From an uncultured virus (IMG/VR IMGVR_UViG_3300020603_000002) (Duplodnaviria; Heunggongvirae; Uroviricota; Caudoviricetes), in IMG/VR virus record IMGVR_UViG_3300020603_000002: DNA of 64,000 nucleotides; one strand, 5' to 3'. Below are positions 35,925 to 45,348 of the stretch, one piece after another. The notes below the pieces were generated by a model. It did no database searches. It was given only the letters and a program-made list of their open reading frames with translations, and had not been told where the DNA came from. Every line of letters begins with the position of its first letter. Position 1 is the stretch's first letter. The position numbers and the translations under genes are program-made.

Positions 35925-38297
35925 TTACAAAACTTTTGACACATTATTTTCTTTACGAATTTTAACAACGTGTTCTCCCCACTGATTAATTAGGTTAGAG
36001 TGGGATATAATGAACACTTTCTCAAAGTAATTTTTTACTTTAATAAAGAACTCGTATAACATATCATAGTTATCGGGAGACACCTTACCAAACACCTCGT
36101 CCATCACGACCAAATTTGGTGTAGGGAGCGTACAGATCTTAGTCAATACCGATCTTAAAGCTAGTGAAGCAATAGTTTTTTCATAACCTGAACCACTTGT
36201 CATAAGTTTTTCAACACCAGTACTGTTATCAATCATCATAAACTCAACCTCATTCTTATCGTTGATTCTGATTTCAAGTTTGAAGTAGCAAGAATCTTCC
36301 ATAAGTCTTTGTAATTCTGAATTAATCAGCGGCATCATAGTTTTCATTATGATTTTAGAAACTCCATTTTTACCATAAGCTTCCAAGTATATCTTATAGA
36401 TTTTTTCTTTTTCCTCTTCTTCTTTGATTTTAACAATCATTTTTTTGTTGTTATCAATCTTTTCATTTAACGAGGTAATTGAAACTTTGTTACCAGAAAT
36501 TACGGAATTTATTTTTGTTTTTTCTCTTTCAAGTTCTTCAAGTCTTGAATCAGCCTTGATTAGTTGTCCGTCAATCTTTTGATTTTCTTGGATCTTGTCT
36601 TGGATTTCTTCCCACCTTTTAAGTTTGTCTTTTAACGCACTTATTTTCAAATCACAACTTTCAACTGAGATCTCATACTTTTCTTTAACAAGTTTGTTTT
36701 TTTCATACTCATCAAACTCTTTTTTTAACTGAACAAAACTTTGTTCTTTGCGGGATAAATCCTGCATAAGTGTCGTTTTTGTGTTTTTTTGCACGATTAA
36801 TCCATCAAGTTCTGCAATTTTAGCATTTGTGATTGCTGCGTTCATTAATTCAATACCACAGTGTTCACACTTGATTCCACCTTCTACTTCAGATTTCAAT
36901 TTGTTGATTGATGAAATTTCGGTATCAATCTGAACGATCTCTTTGTAGACCTCATTATATTGTTCTTTAACCTCATCGTGTTTGTCCTCATGATAAAACT
37001 CACTTGGTTCAACTACTTTAAGTTCGTTGATTTTAGAAACGTAACCTTTCTTTTCAAAATCAATCGTGTTGATTTCTTCTTGAGTGTTGGTTGGGTTTAA
37101 TCTACTAATTTCTTGGTCAATGTTTGTATGTTTCTTTTTCAACATGTCATCACGATAGTTTTTACCTTTCGTAATTGCATCTTCAACATTTGTTAATTCT
37201 TTTTGAATTTCATCAATTTGAGTTGTAAGTGTCCCAATTGATTCTTCGTGAGTAGTAATATCATTTTTCAATTCTTCAGATGAATATATGTTTGACAACT
37301 TTTGTTTTGAAAATTCTCCGTAGATTTCTTTAGCAACCTCCTCTTTCTTTTTCAAAAACTCAAGACCCATAAATCTTGATAGAACCTGACCACGAGCCGT
37401 TGGTTTTGACTCCAATAATTCTTCAAGGTTTGATCCTGTTGTAAGAATGGTCATTAAAAAGTCTTCTTTGGTTCCAATTGAGGTTTTGATGAAAGCTTCA
37501 GTTTCTCTTCTTTGTTCTCCTGTAAAGTTTAATAACGTTCCGTCAGATAGTTTTTTAAAAAAGTCTAATTCGGTTTTAACATTCCATTCACCTTTCTTGG
37601 ACATCTTTCTTTCAATATTTCTAACAATAACATATTCTTCACCATCAATTGTGATTTCACCTTTAACATGAACTTTGTCTTTGTTTGAAAATCTGTTGAA
37701 TATTTCTTCAGCCTTTGTTGTCTTTGTTGTTTCGTTAAAGAACAAGAACATTAAAAGATCCACCGTCAATACGGTTTTACCACCGAAGTTTGGTGGATCT
37801 GACTCTACCACCACAATACCATTTAATTTATCAAAATCTAATTTTTGATTTTCACCGTATGATAAAAAGTTTGAGAACTCAATGTTTCTAATATACCACT
37901 TCTTAAACTGAGATTGGTTTTCCTCATCACCATTCATTTTGTTTTCAACCATTTTGTTGATCCCAAAAATATCATCAGTCTTATCTTTATGTCCTTTTGA
38001 CTCAATAAAGTTCTTTAATAGATCCAATTGGTAATTCGCATCACTAATGTTTACTGAAACATCAATAGATTGCATTTCATCAGTTTGCACCGTTTTAGCT
38101 TTGGTTAAAACGTTAACATTTGTGGTGTTGTATTTTTTCGAGAAGTAATGTTTTACACTTTTGATTTTATCTTGTGTAAAGTTTTCTGGTAAATCTTCCC
38201 ATACAACTTGTATTATGGGATTTTTAAAGCTTGGAAAGTCCAAATCTTTTATCATGATTTTGTAGTTAAATAATTTCAGTGGATTAAATAAATCCAT
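35925..38297 (-). CDS. sbcC: SbcC/Rad50/gp46-like ATPase
   Basis: NFLSYG, NFGGKT Walker A, central CEHCG zinc hook in coiled coil, SGYE signature, MDEVFG Walker B, ISH. Confidence 0.92.
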   Translation of the reverse strand: MDLFNPLKLFNYKIMIKDLDFPSFKNPIIQVVWEDLPENFTQDKIKSVKHYFSKKYNTTNVNVLTKAKTVQTDEMQSIDVSVNISDANYQLDLLKNFIESKGHKDKTDDIFGINKMVENKMNGDEENQSQFKKWYIRNIEFSNFLSYGENQKLDFDKLNGIVVVESDPPNFGGKTVLTVDLLMFLFFNETTKTTKAEEIFNRFSNKDKVHVKGEITIDGEEYVIVRNIERKMSKKGEWNVKTELDFFKKLSDGTLLNFTGEQRRETEAFIKTSIGTKEDFLMTILTTGSNLEELLESKPTARGQVLSRFMGLEFLKKKEEVAKEIYGEFSKQKLSNIYSSEELKNDITTHEESIGTLTTQIDEIQKELTNVEDAITKGKNYRDDMLKKKHTNIDQEISRLNPTNTQEEINTIDFEKKGYVSKINELKVVEPSEFYHEDKHDEVKEQYNEVYKEIVQIDTEISSINKLKSEVEGGIKCEHCGIELMNAAITNAKIAELDGLIVQKNTKTTLMQDLSRKEQSFVQLKKEFDEYEKNKLVKEKYEISVESCDLKISALKDKLKRWEEIQDKIQENQKIDGQLIKADSRLEELEREKTKINSVISGNKVSITSLNEKIDNNKKMIVKIKEEEEKEKIYKIYLEAYGKNGVSKIIMKTMMPLINSELQRLMEDSCYFKLEIRINDKNEVEFMMIDNSTGVEKLMTSGSGYEKTIASLALRSVLTKICTLPTPNLVVMDEVFGKVSPDNYDMLYEFFIKVKNYFEKVFIISHSNLINQWGEHVVKIRKENNVSKVL

Positions 38298-38299
38298 TT

Positions 38300-38617
38300 T
38301 TATTCTTCAGTAGGTATTTCTCTATCTTCAATTGTATAACCCGTACTATAATACTCAGGTTCAAATTCTTTGTTAATTTTCGCTGACTCCTCTTCATTTG
38401 GTGTAAATTTGAATGCGTGATCGATAGTTTTGTGTTCAACAACTTCATAATTTATTTCGTTTCCTTGGACTTCGACCTTTATTTCATCATCTTTTAATTT
38501 ATTCAATTGTTCTTGTAATAAAAGATCAAATGCTTTTTGCGTTTCTGATTTTTGTTGTTTAATTTTTGCGTTTCTTTTTGCAACTTTTGCTCTGTGTTCT
38601 TTAGCCTTCTTACCCAT
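38300..38617 (-). CDS. hypothetical protein
   Basis: 105 aa, basic N-terminus. Confidence 0.65.
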   Translation of the reverse strand: MGKKAKEHRAKVAKRNAKIKQQKSETQKAFDLLLQEQLNKLKDDEIKVEVQGNEINYEVVEHKTIDHAFKFTPNEEESAKINKEFEPEYYSTGYTIEDREIPTEE

Positions 38618-38631
38618 TTTATTTTTTTTTA

Positions 38632-38985
38632 TTAATTATTACTCGGTCTATTTTCTTCAAACCATTCAATTATTCCGTTAATTGCCCATACAGCCCCTGC
38701 TGAGACAATACCGTCAAAAAACCAAGAATACGAAATTGGTGTGTTGAACATATGATTTGTAGGTGAAAAAATCAATAAGGACAATACAAATCCACCCCAC
38801 GTTGAAAAGCAAAGTGGACAGTTAATTAATCCTGATAAAAATTTACCTATTGGTTGTAATGGTAATAATTCATTATTAGCCCATCGGCCTAAAAAATCTC
38901 TTAATCCTTGGAATATTGATCCGTAAACCATAATATTCATTAGTCCATAACTCATAATGAACCATACTAAAACTTTTGTTATCAT
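38632..38985 (-). CDS. membrane protein, DUF1360-like
   Basis: IF..LR...LINCPLCFSTW motif with TM segments. Confidence 0.65.
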   Translation of the reverse strand: MITKVLVWFIMSYGLMNIMVYGSIFQGLRDFLGRWANNELLPLQPIGKFLSGLINCPLCFSTWGGFVLSLLIFSPTNHMFNTPISYSWFFDGIVSAGAVWAINGIIEWFEENRPSNN

Positions 38986-39620
38986 ACTCGTTTGTTTAAA
39001 TTTGATCCCCTGAGTAGATAAGCCTGATTTTGGTTACCATTCAAAAGGTCTCGGTTTATTTTTTCTAATTGTTTTATTTGTTCGTTCTTTTGTTGTAGTT
39101 CAGTTCTTAGATTTTGTAATGTCTCTTGAAGTAGTTTTGCTTTGTCATTACCTTTTGAAATGTATAAACTTCGTCTAAGTTCATCTATTTCTTCATTCTT
39201 TTTAAACATTTCATTTTCCAAGTTTACAATTATTTCGCCAAGTTCATTTTCAGTTGTTTTGTCACTAATATATTCTATTTTTGTGACAACTTTTTCGACA
39301 GGTATTTCTTTAAGTACCTCAACTATTTTTTCAACTTCAACGATTCTATCAACAGAAACCTCAACAATTTTTTCCACCTCTTTTATCACTTCAACAGGTA
39401 TTTCGTTTTCCGCCCATTTTTTTTGTTCCACCCCTGTTTTTAAGTTTTTTTCACTATCATTGAGTGTTTTTTCTAAAAGTCCATATTTTTTAATATCAAA
39501 ACCTTGTTTAAAACATAGATACATAAAGTTATCCACATCTTCAATTTCTTGTGATTCACAAAAGGCAGATACCGCCAGCATTATTTCTTTATTAAAGATT
39601 TTGAAGTTTTTCAATTCCAT
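38982..39620 (-). CDS. coiled-coil protein with EKIVEV repeats
   Basis: PVEVIKEVEKIVEV...VEKIVEV; C-terminal heptads. Confidence 0.7.
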   Translation of the reverse strand: MELKNFKIFNKEIMLAVSAFCESQEIEDVDNFMYLCFKQGFDIKKYGLLEKTLNDSEKNLKTGVEQKKWAENEIPVEVIKEVEKIVEVSVDRIVEVEKIVEVLKEIPVEKVVTKIEYISDKTTENELGEIIVNLENEMFKKNEEIDELRRSLYISKGNDKAKLLQETLQNLRTELQQKNEQIKQLEKINRDLLNGNQNQAYLLRGSNLNKRV

Positions 39621-40383
39621 TTTCGATATCTTCGAATGATTTTATTTTGAACTTTAAAAATGGTTTCGGGTTCGGTAGATCAACATAAGAATATTCTTTT
39701 GTTTCAACATCATAAATTCCATATCCATGTCGTTCAATATTTTCTCCGATGTTTTGTTGGATTGGTGATCCGATCATATAACCCTTTCCTGTTTTGAATT
39801 GGAACTCTTGTCGTTTATGAATATCACCACATAATACAGTTTCAAGTCCATCAAACTTTTCAACATCATACGCTTCTTGACCGAAGTCAAATCCAAGATC
39901 GGTTTTCATTCCTTGAATTGGTCCATGAAACAATCCAATTCGTTTACCTTTAGATTCTGTAATATCAGGTGGAATATTTCCTTGGTATTGTGAATACACA
40001 CACCAACTAATATTATCATCTTCATACACACCACGGTCTTTGTAGTAAACAATATTTTTACTATTAAGTGATTTAATTATTGGTGATAGTGCGTCCAATC
40101 GTTCTGTATTATTTACCAAGAAGTCGTGGTTACCTGGTATGATAATTGTTTTACAAATGAATGAACATTCAGTTAAAATCCAACTAACCATTTCAATAAG
40201 TTCAGGTGTCATTTGATTTTTAGAATGAACAAGGTCACCAGTAAAAACAATCCTATCAGGTTCCAATTCTCGCCATTGTTCAATTGCAGTTTCTAAGATT
40301 GACTTGTAAAGATCGTGGTCTTTAAATAGTCTGATGTGTAAATCCGAGAAATGAACTAATTTTTTAATCATATTATTTTTCAA
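39592..40383 (-). CDS. sbcD: SbcD/Mre11/gp47-like nuclease
   Basis: HFSDLH, TGDLVH, PGNHD, FHG, GDIH, GS motifs; near sbcC. Confidence 0.88.
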   Translation of the reverse strand: MKNNMIKKLVHFSDLHIRLFKDHDLYKSILETAIEQWRELEPDRIVFTGDLVHSKNQMTPELIEMVSWILTECSFICKTIIIPGNHDFLVNNTERLDALSPIIKSLNSKNIVYYKDRGVYEDDNISWCVYSQYQGNIPPDITESKGKRIGLFHGPIQGMKTDLGFDFGQEAYDVEKFDGLETVLCGDIHKRQEFQFKTGKGYMIGSPIQQNIGENIERHGYGIYDVETKEYSYVDLPNPKPFLKFKIKSFEDIENGIEKLQNL

Positions 40384-40594
40384 TTCTCATATTTGTATTT
40401 GCGATTGGTGCTCTAAACACAGGAATTGATGTGTGTGAGTCCTCATCAACTTTTTTCATGACTTCGTAAAAACCAAGTTCACTACATTTAACGGTTGATA
40501 TATTTTCGAAAGTTAATAATACATTTGATTTTCCTATTGAACCTTCTAACAAGGTTACATCTTTTGTTGTTGTGTTAAAAATTAATGTTTGCAT
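40373..40594 (-). CDS. hypothetical protein
   Basis: 73 aa ORF. Confidence 0.65.
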   Translation of the reverse strand: MQTLIFNTTTKDVTLLEGSIGKSNVLLTFENISTVKCSELGFYEVMKKVDEDSHTSIPVFRAPIANTNMRIEK

Positions 40595-40595
40595 T

Positions 40596-40838
40596 TTAAT
40601 CGTTTAATTGTTGTTTAGTTTCACAATAGACCTCAAATGGTGGTGAATATGGGTCTGTTTTTGGAAATGGGTTAATTGGAACTGGAATTTGTTCATACCT
40701 ATGAATTGATGGTTTTGGATTTTCATCTTCAACCATATTCATTTTTTCAACTATAGGTGTAATATCTATGTGTTTGTTTTCAAGTTTACCATGTAGGTAT
40801 CCTTCTAACCAAATATAAAATTCTTTATAACTTAACAT
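40596..40838 (-). CDS. hypothetical protein (start revised to MLSYKEF)
   Basis: The upstream part of ORF 40596..40901 overlaps a NUMOD1 remnant in another frame. Confidence 0.65.
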   Translation of the reverse strand: MLSYKEFYIWLEGYLHGKLENKHIDITPIVEKMNMVEDENPKPSIHRYEQIPVPINPFPKTDPYSPPFEVYCETKQQLND

Positions 40839-40839
40839 A

Positions 40840-40995
40840 TTAAATATATTTCCATTTATAACCACCAGCGGTTTTTGTTCTATTTTGTAAACAATTGACA
40901 ATTGATGTTCTCAAAATTTTAGTTTCAATTGATGCTTGTTTAGTATTACTATAAGTTTTTTTTCATATTATCGTCAAGTGTAGACTGAAGTATTT
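40840..40995 (-). pseudogene. NUMOD1 domain remnant of a homing endonuclease
   Basis: KILQSTLDDNMKK[frameshift in A8]TYSNTKQASIETKILRTSIVNCLQNRTKTAGGYKWKYI*. Confidence 0.7.
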
Positions 40996-41136
40996 TTATT
41001 CTCTACAATATAAAGTCGCAAGTATCATTCTTGCAAACTTGAAGTGTTTAACTTTGTTTAACTTCAAACCGTACATTGAAGCAATGCTTTGCAAATATGG
41101 TTTAGCTTCGCTTATGGTCATTTTTCCAATTTCCAT
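40996..41136 (-). CDS. small hypothetical protein (not in ORF track)
   Basis: MEIGKMTISEAKPYLQSIASMYGLKLNKVKHFKFARMILATLYCRE*; start coupled to the upstream stop. Confidence 0.6.
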   Translation of the reverse strand: MEIGKMTISEAKPYLQSIASMYGLKLNKVKHFKFARMILATLYCRE

Positions 41137-41354
41137 TAGTCTATAAATAATTCAAAATCACCATTAACGTGTCCGCATTCGTTACACATGTATGTTGGAA
41201 ATGGAACAATCGTGTCTTCAGAACTTCCTGTTAGTAATTTTGGAACTTTTTTTAACATCGTTATTTCTTTAAAAAACTTTGAACCACACTTTTCACATTT
41301 GATCGTTTGTTGTTGTCGTAAGTCAATTTTGGGTCTAATAATTTCGTCGTTCAT
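41136..41354 (-). CDS. zinc-ribbon protein
   Basis: CEKCG...CNECGH. Confidence 0.75.
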   Translation of the reverse strand: MNDEIIRPKIDLRQQQTIKCEKCGSKFFKEITMLKKVPKLLTGSSEDTIVPFPTYMCNECGHVNGDFELFID

Positions 41355-41378
41355 AATTTTTTTTATTTAAAATATAGT

Positions 41379-42242
41379 TTATTTTTTAAGTTTAGTCAAA
41401 TATTGTTTCATGTCCATTTCGAGAATTGTATTCATAGTTTTCTTAGAAACTCTGTGTTCATGGTATTCTTTTTTATCAGTTAACAATACAATAATACACC
41501 CCAATAATTGAATATCCTCGTATTTAGATCCTTCCAACATTTTCAACAATAATTTACCATAAAAAGGTAGTTGAGTGTTGTAGTGGCCAAGAGCGTTATC
41601 AAATAGATCATGAAATGGTGATTTCATTTTTTTTGTATATCGTGTGGTTTCAAAGTTCTTAGGTTTATTACTTTTCCAATCAGTTATTAAAATACCAACT
41701 TTTCCGTTTGTTCCAACAACTAACCAGACCTTATCGGGTTGACCAGTATATCCAAGTTCAGGATGACCTAACACTATCTCCGTATCAATCAACACACACC
41801 CTCTTTCTTTTAGAAGATCAATATATTTTTTACCTGCAATAATCATAGAATCACTTTTAATGATCTGTTCAGGGTCACATTGAAATATTGGTTGACGAAC
41901 CTGTTTTTCGATACCAAACTCTTTAAGAGTGTGTTCCTCTAAAATAAAGTGACAACGAGAACCTAAGTTAGTTGATTTTCTACCGGCTTCAGCCCACTCT
42001 TCCATTAATCTTTTAGCTCCATCTACATCCCAACCTGCCTTGTTAAACGCGGCCTGCTCTGTTGGAAAGTCGTCGTAGAAAAGTTTCATGACTTTTGAAA
42101 CTGATGGAAAATCACTTCTCAATTTTCCCTTCTCATCTAACATCGTATATGTGTGACTTTCTTCTACAAAAGTTATCTGAAACTCTTTTTGTCTTTCAGA
42201 CAAGATATCTCGTATTTCTTGTGCTATTTTTTTTAAATCCAT
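41379..42242 (-). CDS. PD-(D/E)xK exonuclease (Cas4/RecB-like)
   Basis: PSVS, GSRCH, TE, GQPD, ITDWKSN, QL..Y. Confidence 0.85.
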   Translation of the reverse strand: MDLKKIAQEIRDILSERQKEFQITFVEESHTYTMLDEKGKLRSDFPSVSKVMKLFYDDFPTEQAAFNKAGWDVDGAKRLMEEWAEAGRKSTNLGSRCHFILEEHTLKEFGIEKQVRQPIFQCDPEQIIKSDSMIIAGKKYIDLLKERGCVLIDTEIVLGHPELGYTGQPDKVWLVVGTNGKVGILITDWKSNKPKNFETTRYTKKMKSPFHDLFDNALGHYNTQLPFYGKLLLKMLEGSKYEDIQLLGCIIVLLTDKKEYHEHRVSKKTMNTILEMDMKQYLTKLKK

Positions 42243-43141
42243 TATCTTATTATATAATAATATTCATTTTTTATTTCACCCCTAAGATCGGCAATATCTT
42301 TTTCGTCAGGTAACTTTATTAATTTAATTCTACCCCATAATTCACCACCATGTAACTCGTGATAAAGTTTCACCGCATTTTCCCATGCGTCGGCATCCAA
42401 ACAGATAATAATATTCCCTTTGGCCTTTTGGTAGATTGTTTCGAACAAAAGTTCTGACATATGTTTACCTAACATCGGAATCGCATTGTCTAAAAACAAA
42501 CCATCAAAGGCCCCCTCAACCAAATAGATATCACGATCCCAATCAATAAGGTTTTCCCAAAATATAATTTTGTCTTTTTCTGCTTCAGGATTTTTATATT
42601 TAGCTCGAGCCATCGGGTTCCAACTTCTGGCTATATAATAATTCAATTCACCCTTACTATCGTATGATGGAATCACAATACGACCAGCGTGATCACCTTT
42701 ATCACAAAAACCAATTTGATATTTTTCGATCATATAATCGGTAATTCCCCGATTATATAAATAATTTAACGCAGCTTTTCTAACAGGATAAACAGGACTT
42801 GAATCTTTGAACAAAGTGTATCTATCGGGAAGTCTTAGTTTTTTTTTGGGTTTTTCTCTTCTAAATACCGTTTCAGGTTTTAATACTTGATATAGTTTTT
42901 TTTGTTTTTTATTTCCATATTTGTCAAATAATTTCCCGAGTGACCCTCGAGTACCTTCACTATCAGAACAACTCCAACACTTGAACACGTTGTCTATATA
43001 ATTGACCTCTAAATTATGTTTATTTCTATCGTCATCACATACAGGACAGTTAAAGGATATTTGCCCACGATTGGGGTAGTGGAGTCCGTGCTCCCCCAAA
43101 ACATCCTCTAATAACTCAACTAAAGCATCATTTTCATCCAT
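42242..43141 (-). CDS. dnaG: DNA primase (Zn finger + TOPRIM)
   Basis: CPVC...CWSC; RIVIP; YKNP; LVEGAFD; LDAD; D.AD. Confidence 0.9.
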   Translation of the reverse strand: MDENDALVELLEDVLGEHGLHYPNRGQISFNCPVCDDDRNKHNLEVNYIDNVFKCWSCSDSEGTRGSLGKLFDKYGNKKQKKLYQVLKPETVFRREKPKKKLRLPDRYTLFKDSSPVYPVRKAALNYLYNRGITDYMIEKYQIGFCDKGDHAGRIVIPSYDSKGELNYYIARSWNPMARAKYKNPEAEKDKIIFWENLIDWDRDIYLVEGAFDGLFLDNAIPMLGKHMSELLFETIYQKAKGNIIICLDADAWENAVKLYHELHGGELWGRIKLIKLPDEKDIADLRGEIKNEYYYIIR

Positions 43142-43216
43142 CCTTTATAATATAGTCATAAACTTTTTATCAATCAACTACACAAAGTTTTATCATTTTT
43201 TATATTTATTATTGAC

Positions 43217-43453
43217 ATGCCAACACAAATTACTGTTAATTTTTCGGGTGGTTCACCTCCATTTGATATTTATACTTGTGATACGGGTTACACGACTTGT
43301 ATTTATGTAGACACGGTTGGTTTTGGAGAATTACCATATTCGTTTGACCTTCCATTTGTTTTGGAGGGTATGTCTTCTGTTGGAGTAAAGGTAGTTGACA
43401 GTAATGATTGTTTTGCATCAAATAATTCAATAATAGAATATGGCAAGTTGTAA
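43217..43453 (+). CDS. small structural-type protein (paralog of 52007..52231)
   Basis: PPF...CD....CIY...P..F.LP.......V.D..C pattern shared; late motif upstream. Confidence 0.65.
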   Translation: MPTQITVNFSGGSPPFDIYTCDTGYTTCIYVDTVGFGELPYSFDLPFVLEGMSSVGVKVVDSNDCFASNNSIIEYGKL

Positions 43454-44930
43454 TAATTTAGGAGTATTTGCACTTGACACTTCAGCTAGTCTAAATCTTT
43501 GTCTTTCAGCCCAAACAAATAATGTTTATGGTGATAGTTTAGTAGTTAGTAAGGGAGTTTATTTAGACTCAGGATGCACAATGGCTTTAACAACAATTTA
43601 TTTAAGTAATGGTATTAACTTATATGAAACGAATTCTATAGGAGAAATTATAGGTATTACAGGATGTCCTTGTAATTATTTAGGGACTTTTTCATCTGCC
43701 TCAGATCCTGACACAAGTTGTTTAGGGCCATTTATATTTGAGGTATATGGTTCAAACCTAAATATCGGAAAAACTCTATATTCGAACTCTTCATGTACAA
43801 TTAATTATATTACAACTTTTTTATCCGACGGTGTTAACGTGTACAGTGTTGATTCAGTAGGAGTTATTGATACTATTTACGGTTGTTCGTGTGGAGCATT
43901 TGTTTGTGTTCATAACGACACCGTTTATGACGACCAATATCAGTTTGCAGGGGTTTTCGATAGTCAAAACTATTACACAGGACAAACAACCAATTTTAAC
44001 ATATTTTATTCATCAAGTGAATCTCGTTGGTGTTTAGCCCAAAACCTTGGCGATCCTTGCGATCAGTTTGGTCCCTTTGGAAGTACTTCGTCCTGTCCTG
44101 ATTTTGATGACACGGTTGCCTATACAGGATTTTGTGTAACGACCACTACTACAACAAATCCTTGTGTTGATTTTGATTTTGATGCGGTTTTTGATTGTTA
44201 TGTACCGCCAACTCCAACTTTGACTGCAACAAACACGCCAACTCCAACGCCAACTCCAACACCATCAACATCTGCAATTTGTGGTGGACTATCTATTGAT
44301 GTATCGGTAAGTGGTTACACACCAACCCCAACGCCGACATATAGCCCCACCCCAACCCCGACAAGTCAAATTAAGCGAAACTGTAATTTTAGTGGTGAAG
44401 TTGTATTTAATACATTCAATGAAATACTTCAATGTGCAAATAGTAAAAAATTTAAAGATTGTTTCACGGGTCAAGAGTATTTTTCTTCGGATTTAATTTT
44501 AATATCAGAAACAACTTCGAAACCTAAAGAAGGTTACGTATATAATGCAATAATAAACAATCAAGGACGTTGTGTTATTTATGAAGGGTTATTTGAAAAC
44601 ATAAGTGGTGTAGATGACGTAATTCTTAAAAATGAAGTTGGTTCTAGAATCGATGGGTCCTGTTTACAATGTATTCCAAACCTTTCTGCGACCCCAACTC
44701 CAACTCCAACACAGACTCCAACACCTACTCCTTCGACGACACCATGTGTATTAGTTAGATGGTATGTTGCAAACAATAGTCTAAACGAAATTAAATATGT
44801 TTATTATAATTGTGGTGAAGAATTGACTGGCGGACTAAACGCCTATTCCTCCCTCTATGTATGTTCGAGTTCCACCCCAACATCAAACTCTCCCAACTTC
44901 ACTGTAACATCATCTCAAACAATTTGTTAA
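43440..44930 (+). CDS. Cys-rich putative virion surface protein with PT/T-rich tracts
   Basis: Duplicated N-terminal Cys repeat; three (PT)n tracts; TTTTTT. Confidence 0.75.
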   Translation: MASCNNLGVFALDTSASLNLCLSAQTNNVYGDSLVVSKGVYLDSGCTMALTTIYLSNGINLYETNSIGEIIGITGCPCNYLGTFSSASDPDTSCLGPFIFEVYGSNLNIGKTLYSNSSCTINYITTFLSDGVNVYSVDSVGVIDTIYGCSCGAFVCVHNDTVYDDQYQFAGVFDSQNYYTGQTTNFNIFYSSSESRWCLAQNLGDPCDQFGPFGSTSSCPDFDDTVAYTGFCVTTTTTTNPCVDFDFDAVFDCYVPPTPTLTATNTPTPTPTPTPSTSAICGGLSIDVSVSGYTPTPTPTYSPTPTPTSQIKRNCNFSGEVVFNTFNEILQCANSKKFKDCFTGQEYFSSDLILISETTSKPKEGYVYNAIINNQGRCVIYEGLFENISGVDDVILKNEVGSRIDGSCLQCIPNLSATPTPTPTQTPTPTPSTTPCVLVRWYVANNSLNEIKYVYYNCGEELTGGLNAYSSLYVCSSSTPTSNSPNFTVTSSQTIC

Positions 44931-44960
44931 AAAAAATATCGTCCAAAAGGACGATATTTC
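44930..44960. terminator. bidirectional terminator between convergent genes
   Basis: AAATATCGTCC-AAAA-GGACGATATTT. Confidence 0.75.
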
Positions 44961-44984
44961 AAATTATCGGTATTTAAAACGATA

Positions 44985-45308
44985 TTATCTTCGTCTTCTA
45001 AAATATCTTGATTCCGACATTGTCTCCATATCCATATCCATTTTGTTTTTACCCCAATTTGGATTTGGTCTTTGACTTGCAATGTCCATATCATTTTTTT
45101 CACTTCTAATTGCAAATTCCAATTCTTTCAAGTCAGACATAATTTCATCTGGTGTTCTTGCACCCAATGTACCACCTCTTTCTTCTAAAAAACTTCTCAA
45201 AAAGTCCATAGCACTTCTTTGTTCTGTTCTTTCATCTTCCATTTCAAAAATGGTTCTTTTAACTATTCTTGATAAATCTCTTTCTGTTAATTTAACTATT
45301 TTTTTCAT
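44985..45308 (-). CDS. hypothetical protein with shared N-terminal leader
   Basis: MKKIVKLTERDLSRIVKRTIFE; late motif at 45320. Confidence 0.75.
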   Translation of the reverse strand: MKKIVKLTERDLSRIVKRTIFEMEDERTEQRSAMDFLRSFLEERGGTLGARTPDEIMSDLKELEFAIRSEKNDMDIASQRPNPNWGKNKMDMDMETMSESRYFRRRR

Positions 45309-45348
45309 ATTTTTTTAATTATAAATATAGAGGTAATTGAAAAATTTT

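Noticed and set aside
41379..42242. Cas4 as part of a CRISPR system
   Set aside because: Generic PD-(D/E)xK exonuclease beside the primase; no Fe-S cysteine cluster and no array
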